From positions 32,364,001-32,428,000 of the forward strand of contig NC_045138.2 of the NCBI RefSeq assembly GCF_008831285.2: a stretch of DNA of 64,000 nt, read 5' to 3'. The notes beneath the pieces were generated by a model. It was not told the origin of the DNA. It did not search any database and saw only the letters and a list, made by a program, of their open reading frames with translations. Positions 36,409 to 50,100 of the stretch are shown here, in pieces (position 1 is the first letter of the stretch; the number at the start of each line of letters is the position of its first letter). The DNA is from Nymphaea colorata (taxonomy: Eukaryota). Made by a program: the position numbers and the translations under genes.

Positions 36409-39400
36409 ATGGCTTCTTCTTTTTCTTCTTCCTCTTCTTCCACAGTTACCATTTTCTTCTTCGTAGCCTTCCTCGTTGCTAGCTTTCCCTCTTGCGTGGA
36501 TTCCAGGGGAGGAGAACGGAGTTTTGGTTTCGCAGGTGAGCGTTTGCATATCTCGATATTGGTTGTAAAAATTTTCATTTTCTGCGCGCGTTTTTCTTAT
36601 TTCGCGGTTTAGCTACAAAAATACGTTGGACATCGGAATGGTGGTTGATGGAAGTTTCAATGCGGACATTTTCAAGTAAACAACGGGAACACGGGTGTCT
36701 TGAAGCACAGTACAGTGTTTCACCTGGAGGACTGAGTCGTTTTGATTTTTGGTTATGGTTATGTTCATTATCTAGATAAACTGGCATTGTTTTTTTCTTC
36801 TATCTTGCAGCCGTTATCTAATTATAAAGTGCAGTCTCGATCTCAATTCTCCCGATAATAGATTGCCACAATTGGTGTTTTCTTCTTCTTTCTTGCTGTT
36901 TTATCTGGTTATAATTGCACTATCGATCTCAATTATCCGGATGACGGGTTTTAGCAGCTTGTGTTGTGCTTCATATGATAATGTCGAGATTATTGGATAA
37001 GTGGTTAACTTCAATTTCTTTCCTGGACGATTGAATTTTGTTTTGTTTTTACTGTTGGCCACGGCCAGAAAGTTACCATGTGCGGACTTATCTTTTCTGT
37101 GACGGTAGGATACTTATGTATCGTGTTCTGCTTCATATTGGAATTCCCGAGTTGTCCTGGTTTTCCTGGATAACTCGGTAGCTTCTATTAATTTTGTCTC
37201 CATTATGCAATTAACATGCAAGTCTTTTAGAGTGGTCTGCCAAGATGATATCTTCTATTTTTCTGGAAAACCGACACTAGTATGGCTTGCAGATGCGCCC
37301 CTTTAACCATATTAAAATTAGATATAGTGGTTATATCTCTAGATTTCTACCATTTACCTGGAAAAGTGGAATTTTAGAGACCATCGGATTGATGGCCAAA
37401 TTTTGTTCTTATGGCGGATATAACCATTGAAACGTTGTGATGCTTATGTCGGGAAAATTAAGAAAAAGAAAAAAAATTCGTAAGTATTCACAAGTCTTCC
37501 AAGATGGATCTTGATTCTTTATGATTTTTACCAGCATAATTTGGGATGTCTTGGTATTGCAGGTCGATGGTTGGCAACCTAACCAATTAGTTCTTATTAT
37601 CCTTAATTTTCTTTAGATGCATAAAAAATTTGGGTGCAGTTCTGATTATCTATACATTTCTCTCCCTCTCTCTCTCACACACACGCTACATGGCTGAGTA
37701 GATTGTTGTGTCTGCAGCATCAAAACTGTCGTCCATATCAAAGAAATTCTTCCATATCAAAGAAATTCTACTATGTCCTAAAGTAATGTGCAAATGAATG
37801 AGATGATAAGCGTATGCATCTCTGTTCACGTGTAAATAGATACATGTATCCAAACCATGCACGTGACTTTATCCTTTTACTTTTAGAGAGCATTCATGCT
37901 CCCAGTGTCACTTGATTAACTTTCAATAAATTCTTTTTGTGCAGGACTTGCCAATCATAGCTATGAGGCTTCAGGCAGACACTTGCTTGTTCAGGAGATG
38001 AATCAGTCCGAGGAAGTGTATCTAGTTGCAGTATCATTATACTTGTTTGTTTATGTAAAAGCAGAAATATATAGGTCTACATTGCTAAGGGACAAAAAAG
38101 GATGTATGTAGCCTATCTAATCTGAAAGTTCATAAAATATTGTTCCAAAATGTTTTTTGAATTATTTTTTTCATTTTTTTTCCTCTTTGGCATTTAAGAC
38201 TGCCAGAATCAATTTGGGATCTGCACAACCTGTTCATAAGCATGCTTGCTGTCAACTACTACCGAATTCTTATTACTTTTAAAGAACTCAGAACTCTAAT
38301 GAACACCAACAGTCAAGTTTCGTAGGGTCTCATTGAGTTTGTTTAAAATGCAGAAACCACCCATGAAAATGGTGGATATTCCTGGTAATTGGTAAGAGAA
38401 AACTAATGATTCAGTCGGCAGAGGGAGACTCCATGGCTTCAGTTCTGTACCTGGTTATCTGGACTTCAAAGTTCAACTGCCTAGTTCTTAATCAAGTTGT
38501 CATGCTATGCTACTTGCATGTTTTCAGTAGCTATAAACCGATTATATATGTGTTTGAACTTTGAATTCTTTAACGATATTACAGACAGGATGTAACCCAT
38601 GGATATATGACTAACCATGAGCTGGAGAAAGCCATGAAGAAAATTACTTACAGGTGTGCCAACATTTCAAGGATGTACAGGTAAATTCTCCCTTTTAACT
38701 GACATTCTATAACCATATTATTGTACTTGAAACATGGAAGGTTTTTGAAGCAAGCATGTTTCTGCTTGATATGTGGTGAGAAGCTGTATGCCAGACGTTA
38801 CTTTGTTCGCTGAGCTCCTAAGCACAAGTTTGTGCTAAGTTTTCTAGGCAGCCATCTAATTCAGCTATTTTCCTTTTTTCCCATTGTTTTTCATTTTTAA
38901 AGTTTTTTTATAGTTTTAAATTAATCTTCTTAAAATCTTTTTCACTCTTAAGTCTTAACTACGCCCCAGCCTGTCTTGGCTGGGGCCTGTGCTAAAATGG
39001 GTGAAGTTGGTTGATTGGTTGACTAGCCAGTCTAGTTTTTAGTCAGCAGACAAGTCCTAGGCTGCTAGTCACTGGTGAGTGGTTGGCCCTTTGCAATATC
39101 TGGCTAGTCTAACCTGTCAGTTTAGTAGACTAATTGGTTTCTGGAATATTAATTAATCACCATACTTTACTTTTTAAAGATGTTGCCTATGGGAGTTTTG
39201 GTAAAAGTAAAACAACACCTTAACTCCTCTCTCTCTCTCTCTTGCTGCAATGTTGACTAACTAGTTCTAACTTCTATATGTGTCCATATATCTCAAATAT
39301 ATTTCTCTTCATTTAAGAAATTGTGTTGATGCACTTGTTGTATGAAATTGTATTATTTGTAGTTATACTGAACAAATTTTGATTTTACACAGATTGCTTT

Positions 39401-41127
39401 TGATTATATGCATATTTGCTTCAAACAGAGAATAAGATCTTTCACTACTGACAATTTAGCTGATCATTTTCTGCCTTCTTTTGGGACCAATTTGGGCCAC
39501 CTAATTGCACCTACGCTTTTTTGAGGACTACATCAACTAGTCACTTCCTAACAATTGTGGCCGTGAGGCCTATGGCTCAATTAGGTTTTCCACGGGCCAG
39601 ATTGTCTAGTTGTTTGGTGGTGCTTTTGATTGCTTAGATAGCGGAACTTTTTGGTCTGATCACTTGGCAACTTCTATGCATTTAATTTTGTAGTTTGTGA
39701 GATTTTGGGTGTTTGTTCATTCTTAGCCTCTATTATTGCTAATTTGTGATTTGTGTCTTTTTCGAGGGATGGTTGCAACTGTTTAGTATTGGGAACAGTC
39801 TTATGGGAATTCCATTGGTAATCTCTTTTTCACCTATTTACTGCTATTTGCCTTTTATGTTTGTTTCTGTTTTTTTATTCTAAAGAAAAAATTGTTAGTT
39901 TTGCATATCAAATTTGAAAAAAGAAGAGTTATTGCAATTTTTTATGAGTTCAAATCTTTATTTTGTTTCTTGGCAATGCTAAAATGCAAGGATAACAGCT
40001 GGTATATCTATTTCAATTATGAAACCAAACTGAATGTTTTACAACTCTATGGGCCCTATTTTATGTATCTACATTGTGTTGGTTGTGGCTGGGAAGAGAA
40101 GGCAGATGAAAGAATAAAATAAAAAAAAAAAGTGTGTGGAAAGGTAATAGTGGAGCTTCTTTGTCAACTTTCATTGTCTTGATTTTATCTCTTCTGGTAC
40201 ATGAGCTCGTAGATGAAAGCCAAACCCATCTTCAAATTCAAAACAGACTCCCTTAAGTTCGGAAAAGATGCCTAATATTCTTAATTTGCTAGAAGTTCGG
40301 AAAAGATGCTTAATATTCTTAATTTTCTAGCAGTATTGTCATGTTTTAGATTGTCTAAGGTGTAAATTCTTTGTAAAGTACACCTGCTAGTTGGTCTGAA
40401 GTATGAGACCTTGAAATTATTCTTCGCATCTTCTTTCATATCAATCAGAAACCAAACTCAACATGCTTGGTTTATTTATGGTGCCTCGTCATAATCCGTA
40501 AAAATCCTAGGCTTATTATTACGAAATGGAGTTATTGGCAAGATTACTCAAATCATGAATGCAGGAGAAATGTCTGTAAGCCACAGTCTTTGAAAGTTTG
40601 AAGTGCTATAGCTGCTGACCTGGATTCAGTATTCTGTTTGAATACTGTAGTTTGCTTTTTGCTTCTTCAAAAAAGATGAATTTGCAAGTACAAACTTACA
40701 AAAGCATAAACTTGATACCCTTTCATCTATGTCACACGGGTACTCCTCTTAAGGAGGAGTACCCACACGGTACGGGTACGGTGCAGGTATGGGTACGGGT
40801 ATGGCCCTGGGTGCGGTCAACGCAATACCGGGTACGGTCAAAGTATCCAGGATCATTTTTGTCCATTTTTGGACTCGGTCAACTTTGACAAAATCTTCCA
40901 TACAATGTTTCAAAAATCGATCCCTTCTCTATAACTTGACTCTTCGATAATATTGTGAGCCATAACCATAGCGATGTCAATATATCTTAAAAGTGTGACC
41001 TGTTGCTCCTTCTAATCTTGATGATGCAACGGAGAATCAAGAAAGCTGATATATTTGTATGTTAATTACTTCCATACTGTGTTTTGGATCATGATTTATG
41101 AATATGTTATTCATTTTGAAATTTTTA

Positions 41128-41183
<56 letters not shown>

Positions 41184-44100
41184 ATTCATTTTGAAATTTT
41201 TAGACATATATATATATATATATATGTCCGTGTGTGTGTACGGCCGTACCCCCGCACCCAAATTTTTGAAAATGGTCCGTACCCGTACCCGCACCCGTAC
41301 CCGTACCTATGTGACATAGCCCTTCATTTGAAGTACTTACCTCACATTGTTTTTTACCATTATGTGCATTTGAAAAACAATAAGTTCGAAATTAAGTCAT
41401 TTAGGCATTTATTTCCAGTGTTTCTTAGCACCCTAGGAACTGTCACATGGAATAAGAAAATTTATATGTTTCAGACAATCACTTGCATTGAACTTTGTTA
41501 ACATATCATGTGTAGGGAACCGGGTCTGGATCCAGACCCGGTCCCATGGGCACGGGTACCGAGAGTGGCTCGGTACCCTAGGCGTTTTTCCCTCTTATTT
41601 AATCCCACTTATGGTGTAATTGTTGATTAAGTGGAATAACATTTTCTCTCTCCTAGGGTTGCGGTTGTGCACCTAGGTTAGAGTTTCTCCGTGGTTTTTC
41701 ACCTCTCTTTGAGGTTTTCCACGTATATTGTGTGTTCCTTCTCTTTCTCTCCATCTTGGTGTGTGTTTCTACATGGTATCAGAGCCAACGCGTGAGAGAT
41801 CGTTGGTGTGATAGTCGTGTTTCCGCCGGTTTTTTGCCGCTGTTGTTTCCGCCGTTTTTTTTTCTGCCGCTGCTGCGCCGTCGCTCTCTGCTGCGCCGCC
41901 GCCGTCCAGCGCTACCAGCTGCGCCGCCACCGTCCAGCGCTGCCAGCTGCGCCGCCATCATCCAGCGCGGTTGTTCTCTGCTGCGTTGCCGCTGTCCAGC
42001 GCCGCCGTCGCCCACTTCAGCGCCGCCGCCGTCCCGCGCCACCGCTGCCCACCGCCGTCCAGCGCCGGCCGCTGCTTCTTGTTTGTCGTCTCTGGTGCTG
42101 GGTATTCTTTCCCTTTGGTGATTGTGATGGCCGAGGAGATGTCCCTCAAGATCGATGATGCCCTAGACTCGGACAGCTATACCAAGAGCGAGATCTTGCC
42201 TGTTCAAGTCACCTCCATCCGGCTGAACAAGGATAACTATCTCTCTTGGTCGGTTGCCCTAGAAATTGGGATAACCAGTCGTGGTCGCCTGCCCTACATT
42301 ACTGGGGAGAAGCCTGCACCTTCAAAAACCGATCCGCGATGGGCTACTTGGACGTTGGAAGATAGTCAGGTTAAAGTATGGATTATTAGTTCTGTTTCTG
42401 CAGATATTCAGCCTTTGATCTTGCGTAAATCGACTGCCTACGACATGTGGACTGTGCTTGCACGGATGTATGGCCGTAAGAAGAGAGTATTGCGTACGTA
42501 CCAAATCAAACGTAGCATATACTCTCTTAAACAGGGTGACTTGTCTGTAGCCGCTTTCTTTGCAGCCCTAAAGACTAAGTGGGAGGAACTTGACTACCAT
42601 GTGAATGATGACTGGCACTGTGGGTCTGATCATGCCTTGTACTGGGACAAAGAATGGATGGATCGGACGTTTCTTTTCCTCGGAGGCTTACGCGATGAAT
42701 TTGAATCCATTAGGAGCCAAATTCTCAATTGTGACGAGGTCCCCGGAATTGAAGAGGTGTATGCCCGTGTGGAATCTGAGGAACAGCGTCGACAGGTGAT
42801 GCATATTGACACCAGTCAGGGGAGTTCTCCGTCAGCCTTTGTTAGTCGTGCTTCTGGGATTGGACAGCGTCCTGTTCGGCGGTGTAGCCATTGCAACAAA
42901 TCTGGACATTCTGTTGATTTTTGTTGGGATCTTCATCCTGAGAGGCGGCTTGTCCGGGGTCGTCCTCCTTCTAGCCACCGGAGTCCTTCTGTGCCTGAGC
43001 CTAGTCAGAGTAGTCCTTCACATGTTGCCAAATCTAAGCTTTCCTCCGATCAAATCAAAGAACTGCAAGCGTATATCAGCCGGCTGTCTACTACTCAGGA
43101 GGATACTTCCACATCTGAGGGGGCTAAGTTAGCCCAAGCTCTCGTGGCCACTAGTGACCAAGGTAATTCCTCACATGGTGATTGGATTGTTGACAGTGGT
43201 GCTACGCATCATATGACAGGGGACCCTAAGATGTTCCAAGAATACAAATTGTCTTCGGGGCATCAACGTGTATCTATGGCTGATGGTTCTTCTATCTCTG
43301 TGGCTGGAAAAAGGAGTTTGTCCTTGTTAAATAAATACTGTCTTCATAATGCTCTTCATGTTCCCAATATTCCTGTGAATTTGTTATCTGTCAGCAGTAT
43401 TACTAAAGAGCTCAACTGTAATCTGATCTTTTCTGCTGATCGGTGTTTTCTGCAGGACTTGGTGACGGGGCAGAAGATTGGGATTGGTTCGGCTATTGAT
43501 GAACTCTACAGACTGCCTGTGCAGGTTGCGTCCGCTCTTATTTCAGCCACTAGTGGACAGTTGTCAGGCATGGAAGACATATCTACTATTATGCGATGGC
43601 ACGAGCGGCTTGGTCATCTTCCGTTTCCATTGATTAAGAAGTTGTTTCCTAGTTTGTTTCATTCTGTTTCTATGGACTCCTTCACCTGTGAAGTGTGTCA
43701 GTTGGCTAAACATGTTAGGGCCTCGTACCCTATTTCATTCAATAAAACCACTCGTCCATTTGCTTTGGTTCATTCTGATGTTTGGGGTCCTTCGGGAGTA
43801 CCCACTTGTCGTGGTTTTCATTACTTTATGACCCTTATTGATGATTACTCCCGTTGTACGTTCGTGTATCTGTTGAAAGAACGTAGTGAAGTTCCCGTTC
43901 TTGTCAAAAATTTTGTGGCCTTTGTTGAGACTCAGTTTCAGACGTCTGTCCAAGCTTTTCGTACCGATAATGCTAGAGAGTATGTCTCTCAATCCCTAGA
44001 TGATTTCTTGAAGAGCAAGGGTATTGTCCATGAAACGTCATGTAGTTACACACCTCCCCAAAATGGCGTGGCTGAATGGAAGAATCGCCATTTGCTTGAT

Positions 44101-47100
44101 GTTACCCGGGCTCTTCTGTTCCATTGACAGGTTCCCAAGCGCTACTGGGGTGATGCGCTTCTCACTAGTGCCCACCTTATCAACCGTATGCCTACCCGTG
44201 TGTTGCAGGGCCATTCCCCGTACTCTATGCTTTGGCCTACTCAGAATCCCTGGCCTCTTACTCCTCGGGTGTTCGGGTGTGTCTGTTTTGTTCATGACCA
44301 TAGTCCCACCCTCAAAAAACTTGATCCTCGGTCTGTCAAGGCTGTCTTCCTGGGGTATTCTTCCACTCAGAAGGGATACAAATGTGTTGATCCTACCACC
44401 TCTAAAGTCTATGTTTCCCGGGATGTCACCTTCCATGAACATGAGGCATACTTTCATGTGAATCCTCTTCAGGGGGAGTATCTAGGACACAGTAGTGAAG
44501 AGTATTCCTCAAATCAGTTGATTCAGTTTACAGATTTCTTGGATTACAAGGCCAGTGACAGTGTGGCAGACACAGACAGAGATGATAGAGACCATCACAT
44601 GGACGAGGGTCCTGTTGATAATCAGCCTACAGCCCGTAATCATTTGTTTGGCCAGGTGTACAGAAGGAAGAAGACAGATGTGATTGAAAATGTTGATGTA
44701 ACCAATCCCAATCCTGTGAGCTCCCCGGATGACCCAAGTCTAATCAATGAAGAGCTTCCTATAGCCCTGCGCAAGGGCACCAGGTCTTGCACTTCTCATC
44801 CTATTCAGAGATTTGTCTCTTATGCGAAATTGAGTAAGAATTACAAATGCTTTATAACATCCTTGTCTAAGTCTGTTATTCCCAGGTGTGTGGAAGATGC
44901 TAGAGAGGATCCTAAATGGCTACAGGCCATGACAGAGGAGATGAATGCCTTGGCAAAGAATGACACTTGGGAAGTTGTGGATATTCTCAAAGGGACTCAT
45001 TTAGTTGGTTCAAAGTGGGTGTTCAATGTGAAGTACAAACCAGATGGTACTGTGGGAAGGTATAAGGCTCGGCTTGTTGCAAAGGGGTTCAGCCAAAAAT
45101 ATGGTATTGATTATCTTGAAACCTTTGCCCCTGTTGCCAAACTGAAAACTGTGAGGGTCATATTAGCACTTGCCGTGAAAAAGGGGTGGAGCATGGATCA
45201 ACTTGATGTTAAGAACGCATTCTTGAAAGGCAATCTAGAAGAAGAGGTCTATATGAGTATGCCTCCTGGATATGTTCAAAGCGGAAAATGCTGTCATCTT
45301 AAGAAAGCCTTGTATGGATTAAAGCAGTCTCCTAGAGCATGGTTTGAAAGACTGAGGATAGTGATGAAGACAAATGGATACAAACAGGGAAATGGTGATC
45401 ACACCCTATTCATTAAGCAGAGAGATGGCCTGGTGAGTCTTCTTCTTGTGTATGTTGATGATATGATAGTCATAGGTGACGATGAAGAAGAGAAAAAGAA
45501 GATGAAGGAGAGGTTAGCTGCTGAATTTGATCTTAAAGATTTGGGTAAACTAAGGTACTTTCTGGGGATAGAGATTGCTCGGTCAGAGACAGGGCTGGTT
45601 ATGAGCCAAAGGAAATACACTCTGGATCTTCTAAAGGAGACAGGCAAACTTGGATGCAGACCCTTTCAAACTCCAATGGAGTCTGGTACAAAGATAAGCA
45701 TCAAAACTGGCAACATCGTAGATGAGGAAGGAAAAGGGCGGTATCAGAGGCTGGTTGGTAAGCTTATCTATCTTACTCTTACTCGCCCTGATATTACTTA
45801 TGCTGTGAATGTGTTGAGTCAGTTTATGCATGCTCCTACTGATTGTCACTGGAAGAGTGCAAAAAGAGTGTTGGGGTACCTAAAGAATGACCCAGGAAAA
45901 GGATTACTCTATACTCAGCAAGACCAACTTAATATTGAAGGATACTCTGACGCAGATTGGGCCGGATGTACTGATACTAGGAGGTCTACCACAGGGTACT
46001 GCATCTTTCTGGGAGGTAACCTGGTTGTATGGAGAAGTAAGAGGCAGGAAGTTTGCTCTAGATCCAGTGCTGAGGCTGAATACAGGGCTGTGGCTATGGG
46101 AGTTACAGAAATGTTATGGTTAAAGATTCTCCTAGCAGATATTGGTGTTGAAACAGAAGAGAAGATGAGGATGTACTGCGACAACAAGTCTGCAATTAAT
46201 CTTGCGAATAATCCCGTTTTGCATGACAGAACTAAACATGTGGAGATTGATCGCCACTTCATACGGGAACACATAGATTCAAAGGAGTTGATCATACCTT
46301 ATATGAAGTCTGAAGATCAAATTGCAGATGTTCTAACCAAAGCCTTATGTACATCTCAATTCGAGAAAAATGTAAGCAAGCTTGGCATGTTTGACATGTA
46401 TGCCAAGCTTGAGGGGGAGTGTTAACATATCATGTGTAGGGAACCGGGTCTGGATCCAGACCCGGTCCCATGGGCACGGGTACCGAGAGTGGCTCGGTAT
46501 CCTAGGCGTTTTTCCCTCTTATTTAATCCCACTTATGGTGTAATTGTTGATTAAGTGGAATAACATTTTCTCTTTCCTAGGGTTGCGGTTGTGCACCTAG
46601 GTTAGAGCTCCTCCGTGGTTTTTCACCTCTCTTTGAGGTTTTCCACGTATATTGTGTGTCCCTTCTCTTTCTCTCCATCTTGGTGTGTGTTTCTACAAAC
46701 TTAATAACTTTTCATGAAGTCAAAGTTGTGTGAGTACAGATGTCCGTCTTCGTAAATTTCAAACATGATGGTTGGATACATCACTACCTTATTCTCCAGG
46801 TTTAGGGAGTTAGTTTCTCCGTAGGTCTCAATATTGGCCTTAAGTGTATTCTTTCAACAGGAGCTTTTCTATCTCTATGATTGAAAAAGTTGAAGGATAT
46901 ACATTTTCAATAATATTCTTCTAAATCAGAGTTGATGTTTTTGCACCAAGATATTAAGATGGAGAAATTCTTCCTTATTCTATCTGTTGAAAAGCATAAC
47001 CGGTGACAAGAAAGGTGATTTAGTTCCAGCCCATGGCTGCATGGCAGTTGACTTGATATGCTCAAACATGTTATCATGTTCCTGATGTAAATATGTTACC

Positions 47101-50100
47101 ATCTTTTCTTCTAATTCTTTTAACAGTTCCTTGACATGGTAAAAACACTTACAGCCTTACTCTATCAGAGAGGCATCTTTATTATTATTATTATTGTGAT
47201 TATTATGTTTGTTCTAGTTATTATTATTACTGTTTTTATATTATTATTATTATCATTGTTGTTAATATTAGTGTTTATTTATCTTACTCAATCTCTTTTG
47301 CTTATTATAAGATTCATTTAATGGTTCGTGTAATCTCTGGATCATTCCACCACATAACAGTTCCAGTCACATTTTTCTCCGAAAGTGTTCAACTGTAAAT
47401 GCATCCTGTATCTTCTTAGTAGTGTTGTGTTGATAGCGTCTGAAAAGTAGATCATGACCAGGGAGAGAGAAAGATCATTTTGCTTATTTATTGTTTATAT
47501 GCATGGGACAACTATACTTAAGAAGAAGAAGAAGAAGCAGAAGAAGAAGAAGAAGAAGAAGAAGAAGAACATGATGATGATGATGACCAGGGAGAGGAGA
47601 GAAAAAAATGGTGACCAGAGACTTGTTTACATGCATCAACTTGTGAACTAAGAAATGTGTGTGATGATGATGACCAGGGAGAGGAGAGAAAAAAGTGATC
47701 TTATTTTCCATTTTATAAGAAACATTTGTAATGCACTTTTAGTTTTTGTTTGTTTTCATTTTTTTAAATATTAATAACTATGTTGAATTTTTGTCAATAT
47801 ATTTGCAAGAAAATTAGTAGAAGGCTCTTCATTTCATATCTTTTCTGTTTTTATCTATCTTAATTTTTTGAGTTCCAAGATTTTGCTCAAGAAAAATAAC
47901 TTTTCAGAAAAATTCTCAATGTTGTTACTGTTCTTGGCAACTTAGAGCATCTTTTAGGACTTAAGACTAATGCTTGCTTTTCCTGCTTGTAGTGGGTGTT
48001 GGAAATTTCTGACAAACCTGGGCAAGAAGAGCCAGAGCCTGCATTTAAGGTGAGTTTACATTCATGCAGTTATTTGAATTAATTTGCAGTTGAAATTGTG
48101 GCATTGATGGAGAATTGTAGTTTCTTCCTCTTTGATTTTGAGAGCAAATGCATAATTTCTTAATGCTATGTGCGCTTGTGCTTATACCTTAAAAATGTTT
48201 TCATGGTGCTTCTAAGTAAAATATAGTTGACCAAAGGTACCACTAAATTTGTGTGCAGTTTATTGGGAATGTCCATGGCGATGAGCCGGTTGGTCGTGAA
48301 TTGCTTCTATTTCTGGCGAATTGGTTATGTGATAATTACGGGAAGGATCCTTTGGTACTTTTCTCTCAGAACTATTATTTAACTTGCAAGGGTATTTTTC
48401 CTTTAGGAGCCAACATATGTTGCTGCCATTTGTTACTTGAGATGTACATCTTTTTCTGCTTTTCATTAATCAATGTGTGCCACCATTGTGATATGCTCCT
48501 TTTATTCCTGCCAGTCAGATAGACTCTGCTAAGTCACTCTAGTGAAATAAGATTGTTGCGTTATTGCTTTTCATCTGTTCCGAGACATAGAATATCTAGT
48601 TAGCTTGTTATTTAGCAGTCATATCTGTGTAACTTGAGAATTTAGAATTTTCCAGATTCTAGGTTCACTGGAATGGGTGAAAAAATGCATGTTTTGGGTG
48701 ATTGATATTTCACAGAGAGTTATTGCACACCTATTCTATTAAATTAAGTTGTATTTGTTCTTTCTTTTGCAGCATGTTTTCAAACTGCATTTGCCTTGGG
48801 TCTGTCCATTTCTTGGTGTCCATTTTTCTCAGCAGCATGTGAGCACATAACCTGCCGTCAAGTTCAAGGAGATACCTTTTTATTGAATTCATCCCTGTTT
48901 ATGCATCAAGAATTTTGAGTCTAACTGACCCTTATTCTTGGTAATCCACAGATCACAAACGGTTACCTTGGTGCATGATCAGCTTGCTATGGAGGCCTTC
49001 TATTTGTTTAAAAGAAAATTGAACTCTTGATATCTGAGTTTAGATTCTTTAGACACACATATACTTATGCATATGAAATATTTCACCTTTCATGTGACTT
49101 TCTTTGATGGTGGGTTCAGCTATCATCTGTGCTTTAACAGTCTTCATCAGTTCAAAATGCTAAATTCAATATTTGATGCATTTATTGGAAAGAGGGGCCT
49201 ATCTTTTTCCTTCCTTTTTAGTATTTATAGTGCGTCATTGTTTTAATGAATAATATTTGCCTGTCATGATCTGCATGGGGAACAGCATGCCATACCTTGT
49301 GCTATTTGAAATTTTGAAGTAATTCTCTAGTTCATGGAACTGATTCCTTTTAAGTTTCTTTTCCATTTTCTCCTAGGCATCTATAATCATAAAAAATGTC
49401 CACCTCCATTTGCTGCCAACAATGAATCCAGATGGATTTTCTTTGAAGAAACGTGGTAATGCAAACAATGTTGATCTAAATCGAGATTTTCCTGATCAAG
49501 TATGTTATTTCTTTCTTTTCATTTGATAAGTATCTCTTTTTCGTTTTTATGTTGCGTATTTTTCTTAATGGATGTTATTTTCCTTGTTTTTTGGTTGTAA
49601 GACATGAACTGTTTTCTTCCTTCCTGATTTACTTAATTTGGTCTTACAGTGCATTTTTTTTTGCTTGACCTTAAATTTTCTTAACCTTTGAAACATGTCC
49701 AGTTCTTCCCTCAGAATAATGATGAGCAGCCAAGGCAGCCAGAAACAAGGGCAATAATGAATTGGCTGAGGGAAAACCATTTTACTGCATCTGCCAGTTT
49801 GCACGGGGTAATATTTTTTGCTTCCTTGTTTTATTATGACAAATGTCTGTTTCACAAAGTGTGTTACTATGAGAAATATAAGTTTGTCATGTCAATAAAA
49901 GCTTATTTTCTGTATCGTTATGTTTCTTATTTCATTTCAAAACTTTACTAAGAAAACTCTTCCATGGCATTGAGAAACCTAGTTTACTGAGACCTGGTGC
50001 TGCAAGAAGTCTGGTGTAAGAATCTGGTTTCTGAGCTCTAAAAATTTTGTTCAACTGTTTGCAGGATAAAATGTTGAGAAAAACTGACATTGGGGTTCAC

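Larger units (their letters stand above)
41496..46697 (+). mobile_element. Full-length Ty1/copia LTR retrotransposon (Ale/Retrofit-like) in SOL1 intron 4
   Basis: 278-bp LTRs (TG..CA) at 41496-41773 and 46420-46697; TSD AACTT; PBS TGGTATCAGAGCC (tRNA-iMet) at 41774; PPT GAGGGGGAG at 46411; gag-PR-IN-RT-RH order. Confidence 0.98.

Noticed and set aside
44125..44127. Programmed stop-codon read-through in the copia element
   Set aside because: The stop is inside the integrase core, not at the gag-pol junction; better explained as a C-to-T mutation.
41732..46295. Short antisense and alternate-frame ORFs over the copia element
   Set aside because: Shadow ORFs of the GC-rich leader and of gag-pol.
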